Source of the DNA: Eledone cirrhosa
Taxonomy: Eukaryota
DNA: 64,000 bases
NCBI GenBank assembly: GCA_964016885.1
Contig: OZ024747.1
Location: forward strand, 44,268,001 to 44,332,000
Direction of reading: 5' to 3'
Part shown: piece after piece, positions 11,623 through 26,332 of the stretch
Layout: each line of letters begins with the position of its first letter
How positions within the stretch are numbered: position 1 is the stretch's first letter
The notes under the pieces: model-generated
What the model was told of the DNA's origin: nothing
Seen by the model: the letters and a program-made list of their open reading frames with translations, nothing else
The model's database searches: none
Translations under genes and position numbers: made by a program

Positions 11623-12993
11623 GAGCAACAAACAATGCAAATGTATGATTTGCTGGGAGAGGTATCCAGTATACAGCAGATGCAATGTTCAATTCTTACA
11701 GACAGTGCCATCAGATTTATAGTTGAACTCTTGCAAGCAGGGAAAACAAATGTTAAATGATGATGATGATGATGATGATCAAGGGTTTCTACTGACAACA
11801 GAAATAACAGGCAATTTCCTTATTTTATTTTGTTTAAAGTTTATTTATTGTTTTCTCTAAAGACTACCCAATATGCCTGCTATTTGTAAGACAAGACAAG
11901 CCATATCATTCATATCAATAGAGAACACAAATGGATAGCTGCTCAAGTCAAGTATGGATAACTAGCTAGTGAGGTCCCTATGGCCAAAAACTTATCTTGT
12001 CATTTTTATAAGAACCACATTGCAATTGAGCTTACATGCCATCAGTCAAAATAACAAGCAATATTTGAAAACAACCAAAAGAAATCTACCAAAAAAATAT
12101 TAATGGCAGCTGAAGCTGCCAACAACAAAACTTTATTATTTCTTTACGAAGTCAGTAAAAATCCACTGTGGGAGGAGGGACAACCATCCACACACACCTC
12201 TCCACATTTAAAGAAGCTCTCCTGTCCAAATGAACATTCAAGTTCACTCAAGTGGATAGCCAGATCATTATATCTATTATATTTCCTTATCTTCTTACAA
12301 GAGTCTTTCCTATTCTTCAAACACTCAACATAGACATTATGTTTGAGAAATGAAATTTCTACAGAACAACAGATGTGTCAATCAAACTAAATTATATGGC
12401 TACAGAAGTATTTATTATTATTATTATTAATGATTGCTGTTTTTTGCTGATGTTATAGTGTAGAATGGATTTATTATGACAGTAACTAAGCAATATTGTT
12501 GTCAAGGGTCAACATAGACAAAAATATATGTAAAAAAAAAGGGTAAAATAGAATATAAAATGCTGAGCTAAAAAGATTATATATGTCTGTGTGTCTATGT
12601 AAGCAAATGTATAAAAAAAAAAAAGAAAATAATGAGGAGTGGAGAAAGAAACACACAACCAACAAAAGCTAATTCCATAAGAAATCAGAAAATGAAATAA
12701 AACAAGAATAAAAAGAACCTTGTTGGTTCAGAGCACACTTACTCCTAGTCAGTCTTTTCGATTTTTGATATGTAATATCAAAGAGGAGAGAAGAAAAGTT
12801 GTAGGAGATATCTGTTATAAAACACATGGATTCCACAAGACATGAATAAATGAATGTAAGTATATGAACCTTGGAAATGTGTAAGTGTATGTGTGTATGT
12901 ATATGTAGTACAGTATTTTCATGAGAAAAATAATACACTTTACACACATAAGTAGAGACAAGTATACTCCCTGATATCAAAAATAGGATTATC

Positions 12994-12994
<1 letters not shown>

Positions 12995-13069
<75 letters not shown>

Positions 13070-13086
13070 ATTATATATTATATATA
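12995..13086. repeat. (TG)n(TA)n microsatellite
   Basis: Direct reading. Confidence 0.95.
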
Positions 13087-16000
13087 AAGAAGGATATAAT
13101 GTTGGTAGATATTCTCGGAGTAAATCAAAGCAAGTTTAATGAAGTCTAATTGGCTGGCAAGTAGCAAGAATTGAAAGAAATATTCGATAAAAAAAATTAC
13201 CATCTTATAAAATTTTCAAGCAATCGAATTTTTGTCAATTTTAAACAGAAAAAGAATTAAATACAAAACAAAAAATATAAACTACGTATAAATTGCCAAA
13301 AAATAGATAAAATGTAAAAAAAATTTTTTTTTAACCTCGGGAAAAGGAAGATATTAAAAAATACATCTATGTGTATATAATATATTATGTTATATTACCA
13401 GTAGTGAGATATTGAATAAAATCTAATAAGTATTCTCACCAGTAAACTATATTGACTGACAATCTACATTTCATACATAATATAGCATTTTTTTTGCATT
13501 TAATCAAATTTCTGCTAATATTACTTCATACACAACAACTATAACCATCATAGGTGATGGTAGTGATGGTATTGTTAGAATGGGGTGGAGTATTGAGGAA
13601 GAAGGGAATAAAGTATGAGGAGAAGTTTAGAGGAGATGAGTGAAAGAAAGAGCAAAGAAGATGGAAGTGAAATACAAGATAAGAAAAGAAGGGAGAGAAG
13701 ATGTAATAGAGAAAAACATTGGCCAATCCACCAAATACTGGAGAAAAAAAACATCCATCACATTTGTTACTTTCAGCAAACCTAGTTGAAAATAATAATC
13801 AAAAGCTTCACTCGTTAATTACCAATGCATCATTATAATGATTCAAAATAAACAATAACTGATCTATTTTCACCAAAAACCAAATTCTCAAATTAAAGTT
13901 TTCAAAACTTGTATTTTTAGGGAAAAGAAGAACATTTAGTAAATTTAAATATTTATTTTGCTGTTTTACATCAATTTTTAATGCTTTCATGGGGGCATGA
14001 TGGCTGTTTTTGTTTGCAAGAATTTTCTGAATTTTTTTTTATATTTATTTTTTTATATGAACTGAAATGGAAATTATCAATCAAGCAAACAGGAACAAGC
14101 AGTGTTCTGTGCTTTTGAACACCAGCAAAACAGTCAGTTACAGTTCAAATTTGATATTAAAACCACATGGTAAGCTATCAGTTACAGTACTTTAATAGTA
14201 CACGGATATTTTAACTAATATGGAATACACCGATTAAAGTTTCAATTGTCATCAATTAAAAATAGATTTCTCCAAAGATCTGCTAGTCAGTTTCAAATAC
14301 ACTTTAGAAATTCATGCCATGTTATCTGACAAAATTTACTGATAGAAGACCAGCAGAGGTAGTGTAGGGGAAAGTCTGTTGAATGCTTTACACAAAATAT
14401 AACTGAGGGAGAGACCAGATATTTAAGGTTGTGTGAGTGTGAAAGAAAGGAAGGGAAAATGAGAGATGACTAAAGCATGCTAAGCTATGATTAAACATTG
14501 CACCATCTAATTAATGCAAAGATGATCACAGTTGGAACAGCTTTGTGCAACTAAACAATTACCACGAACATTAAATGCATCAATCGGGGTTGACCCGAGA
14601 CTAAACAACAACTATCATACACATTAAATACAAAGTAGTAGTAGGCACCACTTCCAAAATTGGTGGATTTTTAAATGGTCAGCATTAAGAACATTTTGAA
14701 AATGGAAGTAAAAATAGAAATAGTAAATTTCTAAATTTACAGAATCATCACACCCATATTAATGTGGTAAAATATAATGTAGGGTCATTAAAATATATAG
14801 AAGTCAATTCTAAACTGAGCTGATGACAATAAGAAGTAGAATTATGATAAAAAACAAGATGATACATGTACATAAAGAGACATCTTGTGGAATCCTAGAT
14901 TTTTTTAAAAGAACCAACTTAGCAAAAGGTTGGTATAGGGAATACTAAGCCACAGAATGCAAAACTGATCAGCAGTGAAAGAGTTAAAGAGTATGTTTTC
15001 TAAAATACAAGCTGCTATCAAGGGAAGATACTTAACACTAATTTCCTGACGTGTAGCTGCCAATATAAATAATTCTCTGATCTATCATAGCTAATATTTC
15101 TTGCTGATCTGCCACCTATTCCCAACAGCTGGCCAAACTGGGAGCTTTACAATTATGCTCACAGCCCAAATTCACAATGAAATGTCCACAGTAAATTTAA
15201 ACTAAGGGGTTTATTGAACTGCTATACAACATATCTATGAATGCATTTCACTTCAATTGTACCTGATGGCGATGGGAGAGTTAAAAAGCCATAAATAATT
15301 TGATTGGCCTACATAAATGAAAGCAACAAGAACTCTTTTGGGAATCGGATGAGCCTTCATTAAGAAGACACGAAGATTCACCTCTATAAAACAGACAGAT
15401 TAGTGAAACAACCCAAAGTATTCTGAAGTAATCAAGCAGCTTATTAGAAATTAACACACATAATGTGATGATTACCAGTCTGCTTCAGTCTTTACATTTA
15501 CAGTATAACACCTTCAATCTATTTTTCTTCATATTAACTGACTCCATGCGACCTTCCTAAAGACTTGTCTGGAGTGAATAATCAAAATAATTTGCCTAAT
15601 TCAAACACAACACCACCACTCAAACCTTCCTCTTAAGAATGGTTGCAATAAGCTGGAATATTAATAAATCACTAAGACATGGCTGATATGTAATTATTAA
15701 TTCTTGTAACTCTGTGAATTTTAAGCTAAAACTTATACATAAAATAGAAAAGCATAGAATACAGTACAAAAATCTCAACAGAATCTAAGTGTATTAATAC
15801 AGTTAATATAATCTCATAGAAAGAATAAAAATCATTGCTTCCTATCTCTCCAGTTCACAACATAACTATAGCTACGCATAAATTATTCAGCTATTTATGG
15901 ATAGTTTCACTTTTACAGTTCTAAAATATTCATATTATTATTTTAATTTAGTTATTCCTGATGGAAAGGGTTGTTGCTGGCAACAAGTACCACCATGTAT

Positions 16001-16796
16001 ATATATTAAGTTCAATATTAAAAAAGATAAGTAAAACAAAATTTAATATATTTAGATATGATTGGTTTTACTTAGAGAGAATCAGGGAAGTACACCACAC
16101 AGCTACTTAAAATGAGCATTAATATAGAAAAGTAATAAGGACATTTTTTCTTTCTTTAAACAACAGTGACAATGAATAGACAGTGACTAGGTGGTCTCTT
16201 TATTGTATGAAGGTAATAGATCTACCAAACTGCTTAAATACATACAAGTTTGTATATACATATTTACACAAATGGAGACATGTTACACCTCACAACTGTC
16301 CACTTATAAGGTTGCAGCCAAGAATATATATTCCAGGTGACAGGCATGATTTGAACTCAGAATGCAGAGCTAGAACAGATACCAAAATTCTTCCACTAGA
16401 AAAGATTCTATAAATCTTACTAACCACATTAGCAGTGCACTTTTGAAAAATACAAAACACCACTATGACTATCATATTAAAAATTACTATTTTACTGCAA
16501 ATTTTCATGTTTACTACTATAATTATTTTAAATTAGGCAACTCATTTTTCAAAGATATTTTCTGCTAAATTATTACAGGATAAGAGTTAAATTCTAGATA
16601 CACTGCCATCATCAAGGGAATCCTATTATTTTCCCTACCAACATACAATACTATGTAGCATTTAAAAAAAAAAGAAAAAAATTATAATAAAGCAAAATTA
16701 AAGTGAAAATTTTCAAGTGGTTTTCAGGAAAAGCTAATCAAGTTCATCTATATAAATAGGAGATGTCATACAAAATACTTTAAATTACTTGATATG

Positions 16797-16886
16797 TAGG
16801 TTTGTCTATTACTCTCTAGGTTTGTCTATTACTCTCTCTCTCTATATATATATATATCTATATATATCTATATATATCTATATATA

Positions 16887-16947
<61 letters not shown>
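16797..16947. repeat. 20-bp tandem duplication followed by (TC)(TA)(CA) compound microsatellite
   Basis: taggtttgtctattactctc x2, then dinucleotide runs. Confidence 0.9.
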
Positions 16948-17648
16948 CCCAAAAAGAAAACGAAAACAAAAGATAAGGAATGTGAAAGAAACACCTCTTC
17001 CACCTCCCAACTTCATATTCTGTGTTACAAAAGTGAAGACATTAAAGTTGTCTGATTTTTAACCTCCAATTTTCTAATTTCACTTTTGAATTTTTCATGA
17101 ATTTTAACACACTTTCCATTAATATAAATTCAACCACTAACAATAAATACCAATGAGGCCTTACAAATTATATATATTCAAAAGTTGTAATTAAAACTTT
17201 CTAATCACAATTAGAAGTATCTTCTTGTGTGTATGTGTGTGTGAATGTTTAAAACCAAGATATTTTCACATCAGACCATAAAGATATCTATTTGTGACAT
17301 TAGCTTTTAATGCCAACTGTATGAAAAAAAAAGAGGCAAAGTACAGTTAGATGCATATCTTGCAATACCTTTTTGGTGGCAAGATATATAGCTATATATG
17401 TGACATGTTTCAAGAAGGATGCCAATCACACAGGCAATCAACACTATGATTGCAACACATGAAAAATTAAAGTCTTTACTTTAGTTTGCTGCAAATTTTC
17501 AATGTGTTCACTTGTAACCATCTGAATAAACCTGTTTTTAGATATTCTCTGCTAAGTGTTAACTCAGTATGCCCAATTGACAAGTTCCACTTCTACTGAA
17601 ATGGTTAGCAATCACAGAATACATAAATACAATTTGTAATATCAAAAC

Positions 17649-17742
17649 CAGCCCAGTTAAGGACATACTACCACATCACAAACATCAATTTGTTATATGA
17701 CAATCAGCCCAGTTAAGGACATACTACATCACAAACACCAAT
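17649..17742. repeat. Short local direct duplication (~56-bp period)
   Basis: cagcccagttaaggacatactac...atcacaaaca occurs twice. Confidence 0.85.
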
Positions 17743-20454
17743 CAATGTCCAAATTTGCAAAATCCTACCTCACCAATGTTAACATCAAATTGAGTGTAAA
17801 ATCAGAAAGACACAAAACTATATTTTGGAAGAAATTTTTAAGATTTGGCTATGCTAATAAGAAAAACAGAAAATGAAAAATTAACTAAAATATAAAAAAA
17901 AACAGCTTTCTAGTGAAATTTTGAAATTATTCATTATTCATATAATATAAGAGGAAAACAATTTCCAACAGATTAGACACTTAAGTACATTATATATATA
18001 TATATAGTGAGATATTCTAAGGAAAATGTAGACCACCGTCTGAATAAGATGTAAACAGAACATTAGATATAAATACTGAAAAAGTATAAGTAACCAGATA
18101 TATATGGTCAGCTCCACTGAGATATCTTCAGACATGAAAGAGTTAAATGAATTCCCTCGAGTGTAAGATTTTATCAAAATATACACTTGAAACACTGAAC
18201 TTTGGATATTCCTATCTTTAGCAATGTAGACAAACTAATTGAAAAACTATTCTCTAAAAAAAAATCTGTAAAGAAAATAATCATATCTTATAATTTTTAT
18301 TTAACATTTTTTCTTTCTTTTTTTAAGATTAAATACAAGAAAGGAATTTTTGGATTAAGGGAAAATAGAAAATAATGTTGAAAATTAGTTCCTTGAAATC
18401 TTTTTCAAGGAATCAGAAAAGTTTGGCAAGCAACTTGATCTCCAAGACCTTGCATTGAAAATAAAATGATTACATCATCAAAGAGTGATTTAAAAAAAAA
18501 AAGAAGCTAGAATCAAATTGCTTGAGTTAGTGACCAAGGTTACAAAGGGAGCTATAATAATTTACCCTATGAAATAAGTGAAAAGCGAATTTTAACAAGT
18601 TTTGAATGTTTTTTAATGGTCAAAATGACCCTTATAATGTAATTGCATTAACTTATCTATTTATTTATCAAGTTAAATTTAATAAATATGTAAATAGAAC
18701 ACAGTTCTGTTTAATAAATTATGCTTAAATTTTTAGAAGTTCCAGATGAAGCCACATGACAAAATGATTAGGGTCTTGGACTCACAATCATATGGTTGTG
18801 AGTTTGATTTCTGAATCTGACAGTGCAATGTGTTCTTGATCAAAACAATTCATTACATGCTTCTTTTCATGATAGGACCAGAGCCCCTATCATTAAAATT
18901 CTCAAGACACCTTCTTTGAAATACAATCTCATAGGAGGCTGTGAATAATGAATTTCATCATTCATTTTAAGTTCCAAGAGACCATGAAGTAACAAACTCC
19001 CAGTAAGCTGATATGGATTCAAATCAACCAGTGGAAACCTATTTTCATTTTTATATGACCACAACTATCACTAATGACATTACCTCAATAGAGAGCACTT
19101 ACAATGAGTAAAACCTAATTATTTTTTGAAAAAATTCTTTACTCATGGGAAAAAGATAAAAGTTTTACTAAATGAGTGGAGGTAACATTTTAAAGAGAAC
19201 CAGCAATTTATATTTGCTCAAATTAAAAGTATATACTAAAACAACAAATAAAAACAATAAAAAACAAGTTTCAACAAAACCAAGTCTATATTATAGTTGC
19301 CAATATTGTGACTATTTCAAACAGGCTGCATTTTCAAAGAATATTAACCACATCTAAAATGGCAATGATAATCAATATATTCTTTTATAAATATATCCTA
19401 ACCGTTTCAAGAACTGGAAGATTCGCTAAAACTAAGTTTTCAACTGTTGATACCATGTTTTTAATCAAATATTTGGAGGAAATAACTCATCAAAGACTGA
19501 GTAAGCACTCAAGCAGGGCCACTGACTTTTCAGATGAACCAGAAGACTCCATCTTACTTATGTTCCTGCACTAAACCAGGTGCTCAGGCAGGCTAGAGAC
19601 CTGCATCTTACAAGATATTATAACATTCTACCAAGTGCAATTTATCATGGCACCAGCACTAGAGAGGTTATCATGTCTAACACAACTAATAATACTGCCC
19701 AACTCTTTGCTTTCTACAGCTGGATGTCCTTATCCCCAATGACTTTACAGAGTGTATTGGGTACATTTATCATAAAACCCAACAACATTATCGAAGCTGT
19801 CATGTCTTTGACACAACTGAAGACAATAGATTGCAATTCATACCAGTACTCTAACTTATTTTACTGCACTTATCCAGCAAGAAAAATGAGTTAATATCAA
19901 ACTTGGTGAGATTTGAACTTATAATGCAAAAGGAAACAAACAAAATACACAAGGCAATTTACCCAACAACAATACACCAAAACTGATGATACCCCACCAA
20001 TATTTGAGAAAAGTCCAACTTCACAAGAAACAATATTTATTAAATTTAATTTACCCCAGAGCTATCTAAATGTGTTAGATTTTTATCATCACTGCTATAA
20101 GGAGATTTACCATTTTTTAAAACAATGAGTTTGAAATTTTAAAACATTTACTTGAATAAAAAAAAAAATAATAGATATAACATTTAATTGAACAAGATAC
20201 AAATTAATCTTAGAACAGCAATTACCTGAAATCGGTAGAGTTTATGTTACTTTTTTTCCTTAAAGACCACAAAATCAATAAAGAGGTAAGGTGGAGAATG
20301 GTGGTATGGGGGCAATAGTTGAAGAATCAGTCTTATTCTTTTCCTAGTTTCAGTCATTAGATTGTGGCTATGCTGGGGCACTGCCATTTAGAATATAGTC
20401 TCTAACATCAACCCCAATACATATTCTCTAGTGGGTCTAGGTAGAACTTGAACT

Positions 20455-20637
20455 AATAATTGTTTCTATTTTTGGCATAAGGCCAGCAATTATCCCAGTG
20501 CATTACTGGTACTTTATTTTATCGACCCCGTAACGAAAGGCAAAGTTAACCTCGGCGGGATTTGAACTCAGAATGGCAAGGGCCGTAACTCTGTGTCAAA
20601 TCATGGCATCCGACCCTCTACCGATACTGCCAACCCA
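20455..20637 (-). mobile_element. SINE family B copy
   Basis: Near-identical to 32169-32360 and 24367-24470; reversed B-box-like gagttcaaatcccgccgagg. Confidence 0.8.
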
Positions 20638-21128
20638 CAATGTATGATAGTAAAGGTGTGCAGAAACAAATACCACAAGATATGTTGTCTGATACTCTAT
20701 TCATATTGCCATGCCTGCTAAAACAAAATCACCACCATAGTCATTTTATTTTAAAGTTTTCACACAAAAAAAAAAAAAAAAAAAAAGTGTACATGCCATG
20801 CTCACTCACTAGCAAATGACACCAGTCACCCATGTCAAATAGTGACAAGGCTTTTACAGATTTGTGTCTGCTTTCTAACAGTAAATAAATTTAGCTGAAA
20901 TAGCTTTTAAGAGAAAGCAGTTTTGCAAATGTAGCAATGCAATAGTTAATTGCTTTTAAAAAGAGTGCTGTGGCTGGAATTCAAGTTATATTATATCCAG
21001 CAGCAAATCTTTAACAAAACAACATCATTATAAGCATTCTCTTCAACATTTTTCAATTTATCTTATCAGCTGAGGCTTATGTCAACAGTAAAATAAAATT
21101 AAAGACATTCTTTAGGGCAGTTCAATAT

Positions 21129-21251
21129 GTAATCTACCTACTAATTGAAAAGCAATGAGTGAAAATTAGAGAGGGGGAGAATTAGAAAGAGTAATCTACC
21201 TACTAATTGAAAAGTAATGAGTGAAAAATAGAAAGGGGGAGAATTAGAAAG
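21129..21251. repeat. 62-bp tandem duplication
   Basis: gtaatctacctactaattgaaaag.aatgagtgaaaa.taga.agggggagaattagaaag x2. Confidence 0.9.
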
Positions 21252-21450
21252 TGTGGGAGAGAGAGAAATACAAAAATATAGAAATTAAGTGAGAAACAAA
21301 AGCGGTGAGTGGGAAAGATAGAAAAGAAGATAAAAAGATGAAAAAGAAGTTTGAGCAAAATGTTAGGAAATAGTTTTTTAATTTAACAAAACATATATAC
21401 TAAACTAAGAAAGACAAGAATTAAGTGAAATACACTAAGGTTTTTAACTA

Positions 21451-22712
21451 TTGGATTGAGCCATAAATAACTCCTGCTTTAGTAAAATAATTTATTCTTG
21501 AATAATTTAACAATAAATTAATTTCAATCAATAGTATATTTGCCATTATTTTGAATCACCTCTTGCCATTCATCAGGTAGCTTGTAGATTCCTCTCTAGT
21601 AAAATTCAGCTGGTTTCGTGCTCAAGAAGTTTTCCACAAACATTTTCATCTGATCTTCTTGAGAAAATTTTTTGCCACTCAGAGTATTTTGTCAAGAACA
21701 AAAAAGATGGAAATCACTTGGTGCAAGTTTGTGGTGAATATGGTGGACGGAGTAGAACAAACCAGCTTAAATCCAATATTTTTTATTGCGTGATTTTTGC
21801 TGAATGTGGCTTTGCATTATCATGGAGAAGCACAACGTTTCTCCTGTTAACGAGTGAATAGCGTTTTCTTAAAAGATTTTCATGCACATGTTGCAGCTGT
21901 TGAGAGAATAAGTCTGCATTGAGTGTACAATTGCAGTTTAAAAACTAAAACACAAAATGAATAATACTGCAGTGATCCCACCATACACACAGCATAACTT
22001 TTCTTTCAAGAAGTTCAGCTTTGGGGTAGGCTACAGAAATTTATCCTTGTCAATCCATTACATTTTGCATTGAACATTGTCATAAAAGACCCACTTTTCC
22101 TCACCTGTAATGATATTCTTGAGAAACAGGTCATTTCTCTGCCTTGAAAGAAGACTTGTCATTATGTATATATGATCTTCCTTATTCTTCTCACTAAGAC
22201 TAAGAGTATGAGGAACCCAAACACCCAGCTTGCACACTTTTCCTATCTTTCCCAAATGACAGCAGTCATGGATTGGAGTGAGTTGAGGTCAAGTGTTAAT
22301 TCTCAAGTACTTTTGCACAGATTGCATTCCACCAATTCTCTTAAAGCATCTTGATTGATGTCTGGGTTCATCTCTCAATGACATATCCCCAGAATGAAAC
22401 TTTGAAGACCAGTTTTGGACTTGGCAGTTAGTAATGAGACCTTGGCTATAAACACTATAAATTTTCTTAGCTTTTTTGTTATTCTTAAATTCCCACATTA
22501 CATCTCAAATATGCACTTTCAGTTCCTCCATTTTAAGGACATGAAATTATAGATTAAATTATGATGCACACTCTTTCTCTAATGAAATAAGAATGACCAA
22601 TGAAGACTCTCTAATCAGGTAATTTCCGGTTGCGTTTAAAACATTAGAAGTTTGAAATGCATAGTTACAACTTACTTTTAAAACAACGGAAATTATTTAT
22701 GATTCAACTCAA
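21451..22712 (-). mobile_element. Full-length decayed mariner (DD34D-type) transposon
   Basis: TA flanks; imperfect TIRs ttggattgagccataaataa / ttatttatgattcaactcaa; motifs GVWVPHTL, ITGEEKWVFYDN, HDNAKPH, PPYSP..DFHLF; ~1.26 kb; frameshifted. Confidence 0.92.
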
Positions 22713-23487
22713 TATTTCCTCTTTTTAGTTACTGTTATCAAAATTACTATACTTAGAATTAACAGAGGAAAAGAAAAACCAGCAACATGGAAGCTGGAGA
22801 TAATGTTGTTTATCAGATGTCTAGGGTGGCTTACACCATTACCCTAGCTTGCCTTGTATTGAAGCTGACAATTTTAATTTCCTAAAAGTTTGGACATCAG
22901 TCACTTAGATGTAATTATCTTCTCACAGACAAATTGACAGAAATTCTAAATTCCACAGAAAAACCACAAGAATGCATATCCTCTGTTTGTTTGTTTGTTT
23001 CTTTTTATAAGAGAACATCACATTTCTGCCACTGCTGCTCAACAATGCATTGGTGACTCATTAACTAGATGTTCCATGTTTCAAACCTATGTAAATATGA
23101 GCTTTATCAGTTCAAATGTATGTTAGAAAAAAAAAACAAATAAAAAATAGCTGCTATGCTTAAAAGGCAAATTCATACGCTTCAAATTATTATAAGGTTG
23201 AAAGGCAAAGTTGATCATGGCTTGATTTGAACTTGGGGAAACAACTAAATAATACATAAAGCTGTAGTGTTTATATATATACACACACCCAGACAATATT
23301 TTAATGTATATTTGGGATAAAGGAAGGGAAGTAACTACATGGAAACTACAAAACACTAGAATAGGAATAGAAGAATCACTTCCTCAAACATTCTTGTCTT
23401 TTATAAGGCTGTGGGGGTGAGAGGATAAAACAAAATGTATTCCAGATGAAGAGTAAGATGCAAGGGAAGCAAATTCCATCAACAGAA

Positions 23488-23911
23488 CTAACCCTTTTCA
23501 TACTAAACTGCTTGAAACACTTACTGGTTCTACAAAGCAAATGTTTATTTTCAAGTGTTTATATTGATCTAAAAATGTTTATTCTAAGTGCTAATATTTA
23601 TCTAAAAACCTCCCATCATAATTTTGTGCAACAGTCTAACAGTAAGTTATTTTACTATATCCCTCCAAATTCCTCATTTTCAAAATAATCTGAAAATTAG
23701 GGACAGTGTCTGACATTAGATATATAGTAACAAAAGAGCTTAAATGTTTATATTTATCTGAAAGCACTATCATAGATTCATGTAAGAACTTTTAAAGTTA
23801 TGTTTCAAACACCAATTTAATAAGAAATCACATCGAGTGTTCTTTATTATTTTCAAAATCATTTGAAAATCACATGGTATTTTTCATTTGAAATATGTTA
23901 ACCAAAGGGTT
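23488..23911. mobile_element. TTAA-type MITE copy with a duplicated right end
   Basis: aacccttttcatac start; right ends gtaacaaaagagcttaa (~23743) and aaccaaagggtt (~23911). Confidence 0.45.
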
Positions 23912-24366
23912 CTAGTATTAAGACTAAGGAAATTCTGCTGCTCAATTGATAATAATCAAAGATAAACTGCCATTTCCTTTCAGTTTATTTCAATAGACTA
24001 AAAAGAATTCAATAAAGAAAAATGAGGAAACAAAGACAAACATTAGTTTAATAAAATTGCAATGTTGGCTTAATAAAATGAAAACAGCCATAAAGAAGAT
24101 ATTATTAAAGTAGATTTTGAGATATAGTAGACCAGCACTGTCTTTAAGAGTAATCATTAAAACAAACTTTCATGCTGACACAACTGGTTCACTTGATTAG
24201 ATTCAAATATTTACTTCAGAATTATTCAATAAATTACATGATTGCAAGATCTTGCTTTCTATGAATTACCACATTTTTCTTTTGCCTTTTTAGTTAATGA
24301 AGAACCATATAGACATTTAAATGTACAGTTGTTCCAGTTGCCAACAGCTTAAGCACCATCAAAAGA

Positions 24367-24470
24367 TAATTGTTTCTACTTTTGGCACAAGGCCAGCAAT
24401 TACCCAGTACATTACTGGTACTTTATTTTATCGACCTCGTAAGGATGAAAGGCAAAGTTAACCTTGGCAT
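24367..24470 (-). mobile_element. Truncated SINE family B copy
   Basis: Near-identical to the start of 32169-32360. Confidence 0.8.
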
Positions 24471-25129
24471 ACTATTAACACTTAATGTCCAGTAACATAT
24501 GTGACTGCAAGACAATCTTAAACAGTTGAAAACTGTACTATGACAGCATCACATAAAAAATGAAAGTATCTACTTCTGTTTACTGCAAATTTTCACAGAA
24601 ATCTGTCCATTTATAAAAATACTATTAACATTGCAATTAGCAGATCGGCTTGAAGACTTATGGAAACTGTGTTAGCCCATTGTTAGTATGTGTATCTCAA
24701 TTTATACCAGTGAAATGATGTGGGTGGTTGGGTTGTACAGGTCTCAAAGACTTGTCTGCATCATCAAGCAATTTTTTTAGAAAAAAAAAATTAATACAGC
24801 AAAAAGGATATGAAGGAGATTATGAGCACAAACCACCACAAAAAAGCCTTAAATTTTAATCCTATTGCTACCAACCAAGCCAAAACCAGCCTTGGTTCAA
24901 TGATACAAAACCACCCATTTTAAATTTCTATTTAAAATAAATTTTTCCAATATAATTTTATACTGATGGAAGCTCTCTCAGACAGTGCAACTGGATCGAG
25001 ACCTTTGGCGCTATGCAGTAATACAGAAAACCTGCCTTCCCTTACGTACAAAATTGAAAAATTGAACCTACATTCAGTAGACATCTCTTAACTAAACATA
25101 CTCCCCAACCCACTACCCCTACTCCCACT

Positions 25130-25402
25130 TCCACCACATCCAGTCCACACTAAAGTGGTCATGTAGGTGTCACCACAAAAAACACCCAGTCCACGCTGTA
25201 AAGTGGTTGTGTAGAAGACCCGGTAAAAAGGCTCCCAGTCCACACTGTAAATGTGGTTGGTGTTAGGAAGGGCATCCAGCCACAGAAAACCTGCCAGATA
25301 CAGTTCTATACAAGCGAGACATACTCACCCAATCAATCTTGCCTCAAGTGGGACAATTCCCGTCTAACCCATGCTAGTGTGGAAGATAGATGATGAGGAT
25401 GA
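25130..25402 (+). mobile_element. Decayed SINE 3' body with internal ccagtccacactgtaaagtggt repeats
   Basis: Similar to SINE A body and tail (gttggtgttaggaagggcatccagc; ccgtctaacccatgctag). Confidence 0.6.
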
Positions 25403-25940
25403 GACTCATGTTAAGAATCTTGGTAATGAAATATTTAATAATTTTGATAAATCCCTCAAAGCTTTTTTTTTTAATCAAGTAATTGAAATAGAGTGTTTTT
25501 CATTAGAACTACTGTCATGAAAGGTTTAAGTTTATTCTTTCAAGATATATGAATTACAAATTTCTGATTCTATATATCATGGTTTTTATCTTTTTACACC
25601 TGATAGGACACAGATGTTTCCAACTATTTAATAGCGACATTAGCACAAACACATGCATTCAGGGACAGAGTAGAGTCATTTAAATAATTCACAACATTTG
25701 AATAGTGTTTATTTTAACAATATTGGAATTATAAAAAGTGAAATTCAACCACAGCAGAATTTGAACTTAGAAAGTAAAGAAAATCAAATGAAGACAATTC
25801 AGTGATTAACAGACAATGTGATAGGAAAAATCCTACACAAAGAATTAGATATAGTATGAAGCAAAATCATTCACACTTCTAGTAAATTAGTTAAATCTTT
25901 GTAAAATTGTAATACATTGCATACTTTATAGTAACAATAT

Positions 25941-26332
25941 AGGCACATGGCTTAGTAGTTAGAGCATTGGGCTTGCAATCAAAAGGTTGTGAGTTCAATT
26001 CTCAGACCGGGTCATGTGTTGTTTCCTTGAGCAAGACACTTTATTTCACATTGCTCCAGTTTACTCAGCTGTAGAAATGAGATGATAGGACTGGGGTCCC
26101 TATCATTCCACTGCAAAGTGGTCGTGGAGGTGCCACGGCAAAAAAGCACCCAGCCCACACTGTAAAGTGGATGCGTAGGCACCAAGGAAAAAAAAGCACC
26201 CAACACTCACTTTAAATGAGGTTGGTGTTAGGAGGGAATCCAGCTGAAAAAAAATCAAGCCAGAATCAGTTCCCGTCCGACCCTTGCAAGCAGGGAAAAG
26301 CGGACATAAAATGATGATGATGATGATGATGA
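25941..26332 (+). mobile_element. SINE family A, long variant (extra internal repeat unit)
   Basis: tRNA head, CORE, hairpin, duplicated aaaaagcacccag.. unit, (ATG)n tail. Confidence 0.9.
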
